A stretch of DNA of 64,000 nt from Pavona decussata (lineage: Eukaryota): NCBI GenBank assembly GCA_977016875.1, contig CDRNST010000088.1, positions 248,001 through 312,000 of the forward strand, read 5' to 3'. A program made the position numbers and the translations under genes. Shown piece by piece: positions 37,311-51,600 of this stretch. The first letter of the stretch is position 1, and the number at the start of each line of letters is the position of its first letter. Under the pieces are notes generated by a model, which saw nothing but the letters and a program-made list of their open reading frames with translations, was not told the DNA's origin and made no database searches.

Positions 37311-38058
37311 ATGTCTATTATATTCAAATCAAAGATTCCACCTTGGGCAGACGTGTTTCCACAGATAAAGGACATTGTTGAAAATCCAATGGAAACTCCA
37401 TTCTGTGTGAGCATTCCTTATGGTTTCCAACTTCAGAAGGAGATCTGGAATCCAGAGCAACTGCGAGTGGTACTTCATGTAAACACTGGGTCTGGACACA
37501 GCTTTCTATTACACTATGGCGTTGGAAAGAAGAACGAAATCAACATCTGGAACTTGACCAAGGACCAACAACCTGGAAATTCAACAAATGCTTTCCAAAC
37601 CATCTCCACAGATCTCAAGTTTTTGCACATCTTGTTTTTACAGAGGCGGTGGATTTATGTCATGTACTGTACGGATCTGACGATGAGGATTTTCAGCGCC
37701 AAGTTCCATTCCCTTTCGACCACAGTCGTGAATAGAACTGTGCTCAGTCTCGCTTACAATGAAATAAGGGATGAGATCATAACTGGGATTGCTGGCGGAG
37801 TAATGACGTGGAAGTTCCCGATTGGTCAAACGGATCCCTTAATACCTGGCCAGTTAATAAGCTGTTCTTTTACGCCGCTTGATTGGGTGATGTCAATGAC
37901 ACTGGACAGCACATCGAAGCGGATACTAGCGATATCAGATGTTAGAATTTCCATGATAGATATTGCGAGTCACAGAGAAAGGTGTTTCTTTCACAAGAAG
38001 TGCGACATTTCCTTTACAACATGTGTGTTCTACAACCCTGCAAGTTACTTCATAACAG
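37311..38058 (+). CDS. WDR87: WDR87-like coding exon 1
   Basis: ATG 37311, 249 codons+1, donor CAG|GTATGG. Confidence 0.88.
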
Positions 38059-39594
38059 GTATGGGAAAAATGGAAATGTGATCTTATAGTTACGATAAAA
38101 ATTTGATGAACTTTTTCTTTGAATTTCTCCAAGAATTACCGATGGTTGGAGAAGCTATATCAAACACTTAACATCCGATATCAAACAAAGGCGGAGAGAG
38201 GGGGATCTAAGAAAAGACATAAGGCGTAAAATGCCTTTTCCCCTAGGAAGTCAGAAGTGTGTTTGGTGAAGGTGGGGGGGGGGGGGGGGGGACGGGAGGT
38301 TAGAAAAGTATCACGTTTCATAAAGAGAAAACTAGAAAACATTGATTTCACAAAAAAAGTCCAAGTTATCTTTCCACAAGTACTCAGTTGAAAATTGGCC
38401 AAATAAGAGATGCCGTCACATTAAAAGTCCAATTTTCACTATACCGAAGATAGATGATTCTTGCACTTTGAACCACGTATAATGGTTATTTCACATATTT
38501 GATTTTACTCACGACAACGAAAAAAAATGCATTCTACGAGTCATAAAATATGAGACTTTATGGCTCAAGAAATCATCTTATCTTTTCTAACAGGTGACAA
38601 AAATGGATCAATTAGAGCCTGGAGCACGAGTCTAAACAGCTTTCCAATGGTAACACAGTTTCTAGGTAAGTTAAAAGTGTTACATGTTCTGGTCATAATA
38701 CTTTCAGTAACCACAGGCTAAACAGAATTCAATGCATTGACGTTTAAAGAACAAACAACATCAGAACAAAGCAAAATGGAACAAGGAAAAGTAAATAAAA
38801 AAGCAACCTTACTTGACGTATTCCTTTTGAAGTAAATGTATAAACTGAATAAACAAAAAAATGGCGGTTTGTAATGGCCTCGCCCACGTAGAGATTCTTG
38901 GTTTTGGCTCGTTAAGTCACGCACTCCACCCTCGTCGTTCTTGGAGAGGAGTGCGTGACGTGACTAGCCAAAGAATGTCTTCGTTGGAGGCTACTAATGG
39001 CCCGGTGTTTAATGAGATAGGACAATGATAATTCTTTTTTTTACTTCACCTAAAACGTATTTTGAAATGCTTTTAAATTTCAACTACAGGCCACACTGCT
39101 GCCATCACCAAACTCTTGGTGCACCCCAACGAGCCCCTCCTCATTTCCAGTTCCCTGGACAAAACTATCCGATTGTGGAACCTCGACACTTGCACTCAAA
39201 CGTTCAGACTGGAAACTGGTGAAGAAATCATTGAAATGGAACTACTCAGCAGTGATCTGCTCTATTATCACTCTCGCCATCATGTGAAAATCTGGAGTCT
39301 GAACTTATTTCACAGTCTCTTTACCAGTCTCAGCTCACGCATTAGGAAATGGAAAAGAGTAAAATGCCCTGGGTACCCCGCTAGAGTTTTACTCCATGCT
39401 GAGGATGGTGGGGTGCGGCTTGTGTCTCCTGTTCATGGTTATGAGCTCACCACTGTGTTGCCCATAACAACCATGACAGCGGACATTGTTGATGTGGCTC
39501 ATGACCCGAGACAAGAGAAGATTTATCTGGTGCTTAGTACCAGGGAGGTCCTAGTATTTGAGAGTGATACCAACCCATGCTGGTAAGAACCATC

Positions 39595-39625
<31 letters not shown>

Positions 39626-42600
39626 ATTATTATCTATAATGTGATCAACATTTTGCAACATTGGGCTAAAAGGTATCGATAGTAACAGTAAGGCCTGCAT
39701 CCTGCAAAGGAATGAATTACGAGCTTGCCAAAACCGAATAAAAGTACACGGAACAAACCGAAAACAAAGTTTGCAAAGTAATAGGAATGACAAATCACTT
39801 CTGCAGTCTTAACAAGCAAGGAGTTAGAACGGTTTTCAATAGGGTGTCGAACATAATTTCCGTTACTTTTGTTTTTGCTTCAGTGCACCGTGATTGGTTA
39901 AAAAAAATCGCGTCAAACCAATAGTGACTTGACGGCGTGTTTTCCCGCACTTGAGGCAGTTTACTTGTATAATGTTATTTACTTCGAGTGTTGATTGGTT
40001 CGTTGTTATGTTTACGTTTTTTGTGTTTGGTTAGAGTGCTTACATGGTTTTGGTTTTACGACGCTCAGTTGCATGGCGAAAACAACCCCTCTTTCGACTT
40101 GTCTGATCAGACTGATCACTTAGATCAGATTGACATGTACAGTCAAAGCTTGGCATCATCATCATCAACTAATGTGGAACTCTTCATTCGTCTCCGTTCA
40201 GGCTGTCGGAGAGCCAGTCTCTACGATAATCCTTTAAGGGCTAATGCTTTATTAATGATACGTAAATTATATAAGAAAAACTGGTACGTTGTAAGCCGCG
40301 GATAAAGAACCCTGCTAGCACAGGTTGTAATTTTGTTATAAGGATTGTTTTGTGGCAATTCGGTTACAACTTCGTCAAAAATGTGTATTGTATAAGTTAA
40401 GGTCAATTAAAATAGCTCGAAAGTCGATATTGTAAAAAGACGTTTTAAAGATTGAACAAAACCCTTGTCAAGCGCTAACATAAAACATGTGAGGCGTCGG
40501 TGGTATAGTGGTGAGCATAGCTGCCTTCCAAGCAGTTGACCCGGGTTCGATTCCCGGCCGACGCAGTTCCCTTTTCGTTTTTTTTTTTTTTCTTAACTGA
40601 TTTTCCTGAACAGGATGAAGCATTTTTAAATTTGACGCCTCACTCTCTTTTGGCCTGTAAGTCGGTCAGTTCCAGACTCTTCCTTGGTTTTTCCGCTGAC
40701 TCGGGTTTTTCCAGCAACGAAATTCTGATTTAAAACTGTAGAGTTATTATTCACATGTATTAAATGCAACCAGATTCAAAACTTCGAGATATCTAGCAGG
40801 GGTTATTTAGCGCTGGTACGAAAGTGAAATGTATAATTTCTACACCCACCTCGAAAGTAAATTGCTGTCTCGGTATGTATTCACCAAAAATTCTGACCAT
40901 ATTCTTTTCTTTTTTCTGAAACCTTGTGAGAGATAGAAACAGATTGCGACAAATTGTTTGCGTCTTTCTATGATTCGGTGTCTCAGCGCTTTCTTTTTTA
41001 ACAATATATGAGATACCACGTTTCGGCCCTTTACGGGATGAATAACTGACATAAAACGCAGCTGTACTATCTGTCGTTTTCTAGTAGTGCTCGGAATCAT
41101 GTTAATATTTGGAAATATTGAACGGTGGCTATTACAAAAGTTTCTCATTGAGTGATTTTTCCCCAGTGCCCATCAATTGTGGGCTGCCGAGTGCCCGGAT
41201 GAAGGAGTCTGTAGCCTAGCCATGATGAATGCAGAGTTCGCTCTGGATGAAAATCAAATTCCTTTAAAGTCAGGATTACTGTTCGCTGGACACTACAATG
41301 GACAAATATCACTGGTCAGCAGTAAAGGTGACGTCGGATTAGGACATTGTACTCCTGTAATTACACCTTTCAAAAACAATGGAATAAAATTTCGGCGTCA
41401 CACGATAAGAACTATTCATAATTTATCTTTCTCCTTACAAGGAAGCAAACAAATTAACAATCAAATAAAGAACAACAACAGACTGCTTTAACTCTGTAGT
41501 TACTCCAGATAGCCCCCCCTCCCCCTCCCTTTTTTAAATAATTAATTAAGCATCATAACTGTACTGTGACTGAAAGTTTTTTTTTTTTGGAGAGTGGATG
41601 GGGGGGGGGGGGGGGCGGTGGAATAAAGCTTGTTGTATTGTATTGCATCTGTTTCAATGCGCTCGCGTATACTAGTAACGATTTTTCCAATAGGCTCCCA
41701 CATTATTGTTTACTTTTTTTTCGATGCAGTGGTAGACTACATTGCAGTATCTACAAAAGTTTTGCATATTGCGATGAACTTGCGTCTTCTTGAGAGTCCA
41801 TTTGATGACATAGACTTAATTACAGGAGTTAAGATTTATCTGACGTGAAGAGAGCTAATGTATATTTTTATTTCCTTTCAGATGCCTACATGAAAGAAAA
41901 CGTTCAAGCCCATCAAGGCGAGGTTACGTTTCTAAGAGTTTCAGCTTCATTGACCGAGTCACGTGACAATCTTGCATCGCATGACCACCTAGTTTCGTGC
42001 GGTACTGACTGCACCGTCAGGATATGGCAACTTATCCATCGGGAAGTCAGTTACGTGTCAATCCAACAAATGGCTCTTGTGAAATTGCTTCAGCTGCCAA
42101 GAGACCTGGAAATGGCGGGCAACACCTTATGTATGGCCATGGCAGATAACAACGTCGTCATGTGCAGGTGAAGGTTTGGCTTCGTCCATCCTCATATCTC
42201 TCTACTTTAATAAACTAATCGCCAGACACTGAGGGCTCAGTGATACACTCGAGGTTTGCTACCATGTACTCTGACGAAGGTTTTGCTAGAAAACTCACCT
42301 TCGTTGCCTTCGGCACCCAAGAAACGGAGCTTGAAGCGAGATACATTCCAAAGCAGAATAGGGAGTAAAAATTGTGCTTATCTGACTGTAAGCCATCAAA
42401 ATAGTCTTTCAAAATCTTTCTAATATCTGTCTCATGTCCATGTAGCGTAACGATGCAACTAATAATTTAATTTCATGTTCTAAAGTACTTCCTTTGGGCT
42501 AGCCTACCACTTATGACTGAATTCGTCTCTTCTCCACACAATGTTTTCTTAACTTCTTCTCTTTGCTCGAGCTATTTTGCAGTTGACAAAAATTTGTACT

Positions 42601-45600
42601 GATCATTGGAAAAACGGTTAAAAGTTTAGAACGTACAGCCGGTTTGAACTGTTGAGGTTGAAAACATTGCGCAAAGAAGAATGTAGTCTTCCTCATAATA
42701 AAACTGATGAACGCGTTGACCGTCGATCTACTTAGGTTTTGGTTGATATTTCGTTACATTTTTCTGGCCTCGTATATCAGTCGTGATATTGAAACTAATT
42801 TGTGTAGGCTGCTTTCACAAGCTTCGACGCTGCGCGCAAAAAGGAAAGAAACATATGCATCGAGCGCGAACAGAGATCTGTTGTTAGGTACAACTTCCGG
42901 TCTCGAGGGAGTCCGCAATAAAGGGAGTTGACTGTACATGGGTAAAATACAAAAAGAGAAGCACCTCCGACGGGATTCGAACCCACAGTCTTCGGCTTCT
43001 CCGGACTAGGAGGCCGACGCCTTATCCATTAGGCCACGGAGGCAACTGTGGAAGCTCTGAAATTAAAAAAATAATTGTTATCTAAATTTTCGTTAAAATT
43101 TGAAATATCAAAACACCTCTTTGCCCCCGTTTTTCCTCGTCGCCTCTGTGGCCTAATGGATAAGGCGTCGGCCTCCTAGTCCGGAGAAGCCGAAGACTGC
43201 GGGTTCGAATCCCGTCGGAGGTGTTCCCTTTTTTTATTCACTATCGCATGTTAGCGACAAAAACAACAGCAAAAACAAGAAAAGCGACAACAAGAAACAA
43301 CAATAACAGCAACAACGTTATTTTGCTTTAAGAAATTACAAAACGAAGTGCGATCTCTGCAGTGACTAAGTTTTTGAGTCCCATGCGCACAACAGATCAA
43401 TCAGCTAACGACTTTCATCTTTTGGCAGTTCGTCAAGAGTTGAATTCGTCAATGGCCCTTTTTTGAAAGTATGGTAGACGTACCGTACTTGATCTTAGAT
43501 AATTCAAGCATTTAGTTTTTAATATAAAAAGTAGTCTGAGAAAGATTCCCGAGTATTGATTTGATAACACTTTGCAACCTCTTCTGTTCCATCAGAGTGC
43601 GAGAAGAAAACAATTGTGGAGCCAATGTGTTCAACACAGTTAAAAAGACTCACGAGTTTTTAACCCATTCCAGAGACGAAGGACACTCCGCACCTATTAA
43701 TGGGGTAAGAAAAATATGCGAGGCAGCGCACTATACCACAAACAACACCGACACACAATAAGAACAGCAACACTGAACAAGAACAGCATCAAATCAACAA
43801 AACGCCTTTACACTGTTTCGTTCTCGTCCTGAACTGCAATTTAAAAATGACGATGAGCATTACTTGATTTTAACTGAGAGCCTTTATGTTTTGGGTGAGC
43901 CAGCGTGAGTGCAATGGTCTTCGGACCTCATCCTAGGGGGAGGAGAACAATGCCAAATGTGTGTGTTCACACAGCAAAAACCAAAACATCCTCCAAACTA
44001 TCTGCCATGCGGACTTACACAATCGAGTCAGTAGGCCAATGAAAGAGACGGAGCAACAAGTATCTCAGACTACGGACACAAACAAAAACGTCACAGACAA
44101 GCAAAGAAGACAAGTGGAGATAATCCGAAGAGGGCGACTCACCAAACACTATCTCTAGACAGTCAAGCACTACACAAATGGTGCACTGGAGAGAAGGTGG
44201 AATGTGCGGTAAAGAGGAAGGAAGATTAGACCGGTCCAGGTCTGAACGCCGGAAAGTAGACGGGACGGCAATTGGTCAGTTGATTTGTCAGCATCCGCCA
44301 GTAGCCGAGCCGATTGTGGTCATATTCCAGAACCTGCAGAGAATGCTTACCGAAGTCAACATACCGCAACAACACTGAGTTATGATGACGCACCGACTGT
44401 TGACAGGCGGCATACATATCGATGGGACATGAGGAGGGTAAAGAGGGTCGGATACGTCCGGAAGATCAAATAGCAAAGGTGGTAAAAAGAAGCATGGCAA
44501 GTACCAGAGCTAGACTTAGAACAGAACTCTACCGCTCCATGGAGGTAACATTTTCCATAACAACCCGACCAACTTTCATGGAACGGGACATCCTTGTTGA
44601 GGGTCATCTTGACTACACCGTGACGACTGTCATGGTACAACTCGAGGAAACTCTTGTGTTGGCTAAACGTAATGGAGTGTACCTCACCATATCATGCAAA
44701 GGATCCACCAACAACACCAGCAGTAACCTTAGCACGGACAGTCGTGGAGATAAACCAAACGCGATTTACGCTCAACGAACAACGCTCAAAGGAGACGACT
44801 TGGAGGGACGAACACAAACTTGAGTGGTCTTGTAGGTTCCAAGGACGGCACAATTACGTAGGAACGGGATGACCTTGGTCTTATCCATGGATCGAGGCAG
44901 CTCAGCAAGGATGGCTAACGCCCCCACTGATCGATATAAACTCTCCGGGAAGAAGGCTACGAAGCAGTTAGGGTACTGGCCAAATTCGGTATTATAAAAA
45001 AAGTGAAAAACAAGACTTGAAAAATTAAGCCGTGTTCAACGCGGAGTGAACCTAGATGGATAACCGATGTGGCGGCCCAAAATTAGTGATAGAAATCACC
45101 AAAAATAGTCTGAGCCAAAGTCCATAAATCAACTCTTGTCGTAAAGGAAAAGACGAGAAAACTCCACCCAAAATGTCTGGGCCTCCGGTCATACTCTCAC
45201 GATTACATCCAGGCACTGATAGAAATTAGTTTCTTTCAGGGGTGTACGCGAAAAGTGAGTTTTATCTAGCACTAAAAAGCCAATTTACTATTGTGTTAGA
45301 CGGGTCTTTTGGATAAGAATGACAACCTTCTGAGACTCTTGAGTTTTAACTCAAAACTCGGTAAAACTGTAATTTAAACATTACATTATGGCGTGCACTA
45401 TTCTGTGAACATAGCATTATACAGGTCGGCTACACTAGAAAGAGACTCATTGATTTTGTTTCTTTATTCTCTCAAAAACAGCTCACGTGCTGCTCGACGC
45501 TTGGTTTATTTGCAACATCAAGTGAGGACCAATGCGTTAAAATTTGGAATTGTGACAACCAGTTAGTGAGAGAGATGTGTTTTGACGAGTCATTGTGCGG

Positions 45601-48600
45601 TGTGTGCTTCGCAAACTCACGTGGAGACATTCTAGTGGGTTTTCAATCCCACATCAGCTTGGTAACCATTCTGAACTACTTGCCACTACCATATTTGGAA
45701 ATTCTGTCCACGACGCATTTCGATAACGACCAGTTTGAAGACCATGTGCAATTTGATGATTTGTTGAAGTTTTGGTACGATCCTGAACGTGTTCCCAGGA
45801 TGCCTCTTGAGGCTAGCAAGCGAAGGCCACTCGAACCACCAGAAGTAAAAATGCCCAAGAAGAAGAAAAAGGTACAAGTTTAAATTTCAAGACTGTTTAT
45901 TTGCTGAATCTTTAACCTTTTTCTTTCAGACGGTTACAAGAAGGGCTGATAATACGATAATAATTTGATTTTTTTGTCATTTTTCTGCGGTGTCTCAGTT
46001 AATGATACAGGGCCATAAAGAAGCTAAAAAAAATACCATTTATACATACTTACTCTTCTTCCCAACCTAATCAAGTGGCTTTTTTGGTCAGCAAGAACGT
46101 CCCGTCCAGTATTTTACAAAGAAATCTTTTGATCTGCTTGCAGAAGGAAACAGTTCATGTAAGACAAAAAACAGAAGAGGAGGAGGTGATGGATCTGTTC
46201 CAGAAAAGAAGAGCATCTAGAAGGTTGTCCACTCAGGTGCGAATATCATTTGTGCTACCACGATTTAACATGATTTCATTCTCGTGGGTTATTGCAACTA
46301 AGAAAGTTTGACTGGACCTTTGAAAGAGTGTTTCTGTCGAGGAAATACTGATTGGTTGTTGCTGCCAGGAATTTTCTACGATGTTCTACTGACAAATTTC
46401 AGCCCTAGAGAAGTAAAGCTTCGAGGTGTTTTCAAGGTGTTGCGATACAGTTTTTGAGGAACCATATCCCACTTCTTAAACCTTTTAGCCCTCTCCGATA
46501 TCGTTCGTTGCGAAAATTACACCAGTTTTGTTTTTAATTTACACCAGTTATTGGTTTGTATTGAAGTTTGTCAGGATTGATATTTAAGTAAAATCGGTAA
46601 GGTTGATTTGTATGCCATTTGGGTGTCATCTGCATAGGTGTTGACTTACAATTACGAAGGGGGACTGTGCACATCGTTAAAATGGTTGAGGAAAAGTAGG
46701 GGCCCAAGAATGCCGATAGTGAGCTCGGCTTTACCGTTTTTGTTATTTCATTATACTGTTTCGTAATTTGTTAGATAGAGTTTAGGTTAACACCACATAG
46801 GCAAAGAATGTCTATCATGTTTGCTTGTAAAATGTATGTCTTTTGACGTCTACCTTCTTTATGTTCAAAGTTATTGAAGAACATTTTTGTCAACCCAAGA
46901 CGGCATGCATAAGTTGGCTTTATTTTCTTTATTGTATCACCCATACCAGTTTTAACTGATAAGTTATGGTAATGCTTTGAAGAGAGATCGAGGTAATGTT
47001 TTCTCAGATTGTGAGGTACTTACTGATTTTGTGCAACCGCGGTGATGTTATCCTTCAGGTTCATGTGATGATGGCTCTAAGACGACTTTCTGCCCACACG
47101 CCTTCAAACGCAACCCTCGCTAAAATAGTTAACGCATGGAAGGTAACCGTAAAAAAAGTGATTTCTCACAATATAATATGACAACCGAAAAAAGCATTAA
47201 GATGTTGGCCAGAAAAAAATATTCATGGCACCTAATTATTCATCACTAGGGACCTAAGCATTTCTTTTCAACCTGTTTTGGGATAAACAACCAATCAAAA
47301 AGGCGTAATTTGCATCCAAGAAATTAAAGTAATAATGACAGATCATCTCAAATGAAGAAGGACAAATTTATCTTGTCCTCTGATTTCGCTTAGCAAACAA
47401 AGTATCCGATTTGCAGAAAGTGTAGTAAGTGAAGAGCACCCATAATTTTACACTAGGTTGCAAATAAGGTATGACAAAAAGTAAGTACCTTAACGAGGAT
47501 TATTAAAAACTGGATCATTGTATTATGCAATTCCAGGGATTTGATTGGCCAAGCGGCCATGGTATATGAGACATTATACCATCCCCGTGAAAAAGTGACC
47601 ACTAAATTGATGACCGATGACCCTTTTGCCTGGCTGATTATCATAACACCTATTCTTGTTTCAGCAACAAGTAAAAAGCGAGTCTTCGAAAAAGACGAAG
47701 CCCCACGATGAAGAAGTTGAGCCTCCACTGTCCACTGAGCCTGAGCCCGCTAAAGTGTACTGGCCATGCGCACCAGATGGATATATTCCTAATTCTGTTG
47801 TTCGCAAACGGGTCAAACCAAGAAAACCACCATCAAGGCTAATAGCCCGGACGAAACGCCCAGAACAGAAAAAGAAAAAGGTGATAGAAAAAGAAGAAGA
47901 GGATGACGAACAAATATCGAAAATTTTAGGTATGTTTTTGCGCTCGCCTCAGAACCAAGAACCTTTCAATAACTATGAACATTCTACTGAAAGTGATCGA
48001 GGAGGTTTTTGCAGTAGTGATGTTTATCACGCTGGACAATATGGTTCTAATTTCGAGGTTTGTGGACGGAACCCTCATGTGTGACCAGTTAAGTGATAGC
48101 TGTCGTGGAGTACTTTTCTGTGGTGTCTTTTTCCTTGTTTTCATTACTATAAAAATGTTAACTATTGGAATTAAATTTGTTTGGTAATTTTGAAATGTCA
48201 ATTGTATTTACATTAACTCACCAACTTGAAAATTTCAGGCCATAGTTAATCATGACACCCCACAAATAGAATACAATGACTAAATTTTCTTTAAGATTTC
48301 TGGACACTTTGGAAAACAATGCAGGCAGAACACGTGAAAAAGACGATTAAAGAAGAGGGCTCCAAGAAAAAAGATAAAGGAAGTGAAGGAAGAAAGCGAA
48401 GGAGAGTTTCTCAGCCAGCTTCCTCTTCCAAGTTAGGGCGTCGATTAACGCCAAGAGCTAAAGCGCCACTAAACATCAGGTAGGAAAATCACAGTATTAC
48501 TTATGCATCAGTCAATTCCAGCTGTGCCCATCCCCTTCCCGGGCCGACCCCCGGGAATTAGGATATTTTGAAAATAAGCTGGCAAATGCCCCACAACCGG

Positions 48601-51600
48601 GGCAAAACGTTGTTCAAATGCCCCGGGGTAGGGGCTCAAAAATGTTTTGTTTTCTTCCTTTCTCGACTTATTTGCAATAAAATCTAAGGTAATTCAGGCC
48701 AAATTTAGTCCCAGTTAAGTCTTGTTTCCCGTATGCAGTGCCAAATAGGTCATTGTGCAGCTCTAGCATCCCATTTGCGTTCTATCTAGACGTATTCCAG
48801 AAGAAACTTACTGAATTTGCCAATGAATTGGTCATTAGAAGAAGCAAAAATGTTATAAGGTAAAAAAAGAGAGATGGTCAAATGCCCCGGGGTAATTGGG
48901 TGGAAGGCTAATGCCCGACCCCCGGGATGGACAGTGCGGGAAAATGCCCCACTACTGCCCGGGGGGATGGGCACAGCTGGAATTGACTGATGCATTAACT
49001 AAACTGGATCTGTATACTATCATAACATCAAAAAATCTTAAAAAATATCAACTACTAGCAAATAAACTTTGTGTTGCAACCTGTCTCCACAAGTTATTTT
49101 ATTTTCTCCTTCTTTTTTATACGTGTCTTTAAAGCGGTCCTTTTCGGACTTTACAGAGTTGTTTTGTTGATGCATTGCACTTGCTGTTGTAAGTTACAAT
49201 TCAAATTAAATGATGGCTCGACAAAAGAGTAGAATACAAATAACTCGGAAACCATGAAACGATCTATATGATCGCAACGTTTCCGTTATTGGTTCAGCTA
49301 TTCAAACTGAAATATAACGTACAGACTGAAACTGAACTTTCACAGAAATGACAGATGGCCCGTAGGTATAACTAAAGACAACCAGCTTGTGAGTTGAAAC
49401 GAAAGTAGCTTGCCGGCTTGATGGACAGCTTCCAGAGCTGTATATCCCAGTTTTTTTCAAGAACAGTGTGATATTATCTGTTCTTGAGTGAGGCTTCTGC
49501 TTCCTGTGGGCTTCCAATCTCAGCTGGTTAGACGGTGATCGTGATCTGATTAGGTAGTGGTGGATTCAAATTCAGCAGACTTCAACGTTTTTTCTTGTTC
49601 TTGGTAATACAAATTTTCCTTCCAAGGCTAGCAAGCCTGGAGAATGCGATGGGCAGTTAGTCCTCGTCTTAGCATTATGGTATACACTTAAAATCACATT
49701 CTATTTCCTGTTTATCCCTTTTCGTTGTATGCTTTTGGGTCAAGCTACCATAATAATCTGTTCATAATGACTAGGGTCAGTCAAATAACCGCCGGTACCT
49801 TGAATGAGCGTCCGAGGCATTTACCTAAGTTTCGATAAGTTAAGCCCGGGGCTCCTTTTGATAACAGAATCAGTTTTGACTCTGACCGTGTATCACCCTG
49901 ACATAAATAAATAAGATTGTACGTATGCATGTAAGATGTATCCTGAGTATAGTTTCTTGACAAAAGCCTATTGTTGGACTAACAATAGACTATTGTTGAG
50001 AAACAATTCTTAAGATATATCGTTTGGAGGAGAGCTTCCTTGAATCCAACCTCAGTCCAGCGATTAATTGCCCAGAGGCGAAAGCCCGAGGAGACCATTA
50101 TTGAAGGTTGTGCGTATATATACAAAATGTATTTACAGTCAGAATATACAGTTTGTATACCAGATGAAATCTCGATTTGCTCAAACAGGGGCCGTATGGA
50201 ATCGTTGGGTAATGATGACGTTTCATCACTGAACGCCCGCATGGAATCGTTGGGTAATGATGACGTATCATTACAGAACGCCCGCAAGTATTTAGTGGGT
50301 AATGATTGTGACGTCACAATGACAGGGTTAGCAGTAAATGAAAAATCCCTACGCGTGTTTTGGCTTCTGTCACACGTCAAGCGACTTCAAGCTGCTTACG
50401 TTACCCTCGTCTTTCACAGAGTTTTCACTAAGCGGTTTACGTTTACTTTGCTTGTGCTAAGTAACATAACTAATACGATGAGAAAAACTTTGAGCGATCG
50501 GTTTTTGTAATAGGTCGGTAAAAACTGACAATCAGGGGCTTCCTTTCGGATGATTTGAAATAGGCTCAGTGATCCGACATCACTCAAATTACAGTGAATC
50601 CAAAGAGCTGGTAATGTGGATCATTGCTCAAAGTGGTACAATAATCTGAGTAGTCCAGATCAATGACCACAGATCCTCAACCGCATCATCTAAAAAGAAC
50701 TCTATAGTCACTTTTAAACAACTACTTTACAACAATGCAAAAACCATTGAGACAACTCTTTCGCACAGTTTTCCAACTTTTTAAAGCTTTTTCACAGCGG
50801 GGGCAGCTGTAGTGTCAACTATTACTAGTTAAGAAGATACTGAGCATTGCCACTACGGCCAATTGTCTTTTAGATGGATCATGTTCTAACAGGTGGCCCT
50901 CTTTGTACTCCAGTCTTGTACTTTAATTTAGCTCCATCTTTGAAGAGGGACGTCTTTCTGAGGCAGTTAATTCTCCAACCTGGATTACACTCGATCGCAG
51001 GTTCTCCGTAACCTATCTTTGTTTTTTAGAAAGAACTCAGTTTCTCCTTTCCAGATAACAGGATCATTATTTCATTTCAGTGAAGGATTAGATGAAGAAG
51101 AAGAAGAAAAAGAAGAAGAAGAAGAAATGGAGGAAATAGAAGAGGAAGAAACGGAACCGGAAGTAAATGACGAGGAAGAGGAAGAGGAGGACTTCTACGA
51201 AGATGTCAGCGAGGAGAGTAGCTATGAGGGGTCTGGAGCCGATTTTCTGGAAACACCGGAAGAAATGGACGAGGAGAGTGAAGAAGAGGAAACGATGTTT
51301 ATTGACAACGATGAGTCATCTCCAAGTGAAAGTGAAAGTACGGCGAGTGTCATGAAGGTAAAAATTCGAGCAATGTTCTGAGAAAATGGATGGTGTTCAT
51401 GGACATACGGTAACAGTAAATGAGAGATCATCGCAGGTATATACGCAAATTGAGTAGTTGCAAAAAGAAAGCCTGAACAGGTTGATACCGGTGCAATGCA
51501 CTACCAGCGCTGTCAAGCCAGCCGAGAGCTGTTCATTTTGTTTGTTTACCGTAAGAGATCTATTAAACCTTCCGGGGAACTTATTTATTGGTAGGCCTCA

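Noticed and set aside
50040-50510. 156-aa ORF with internal repeat RMESLGNDDVS
   Set aside because: Produced by a 45-bp tandem repeat within an intronic repeat element; not needed for WDR87 phase continuity.
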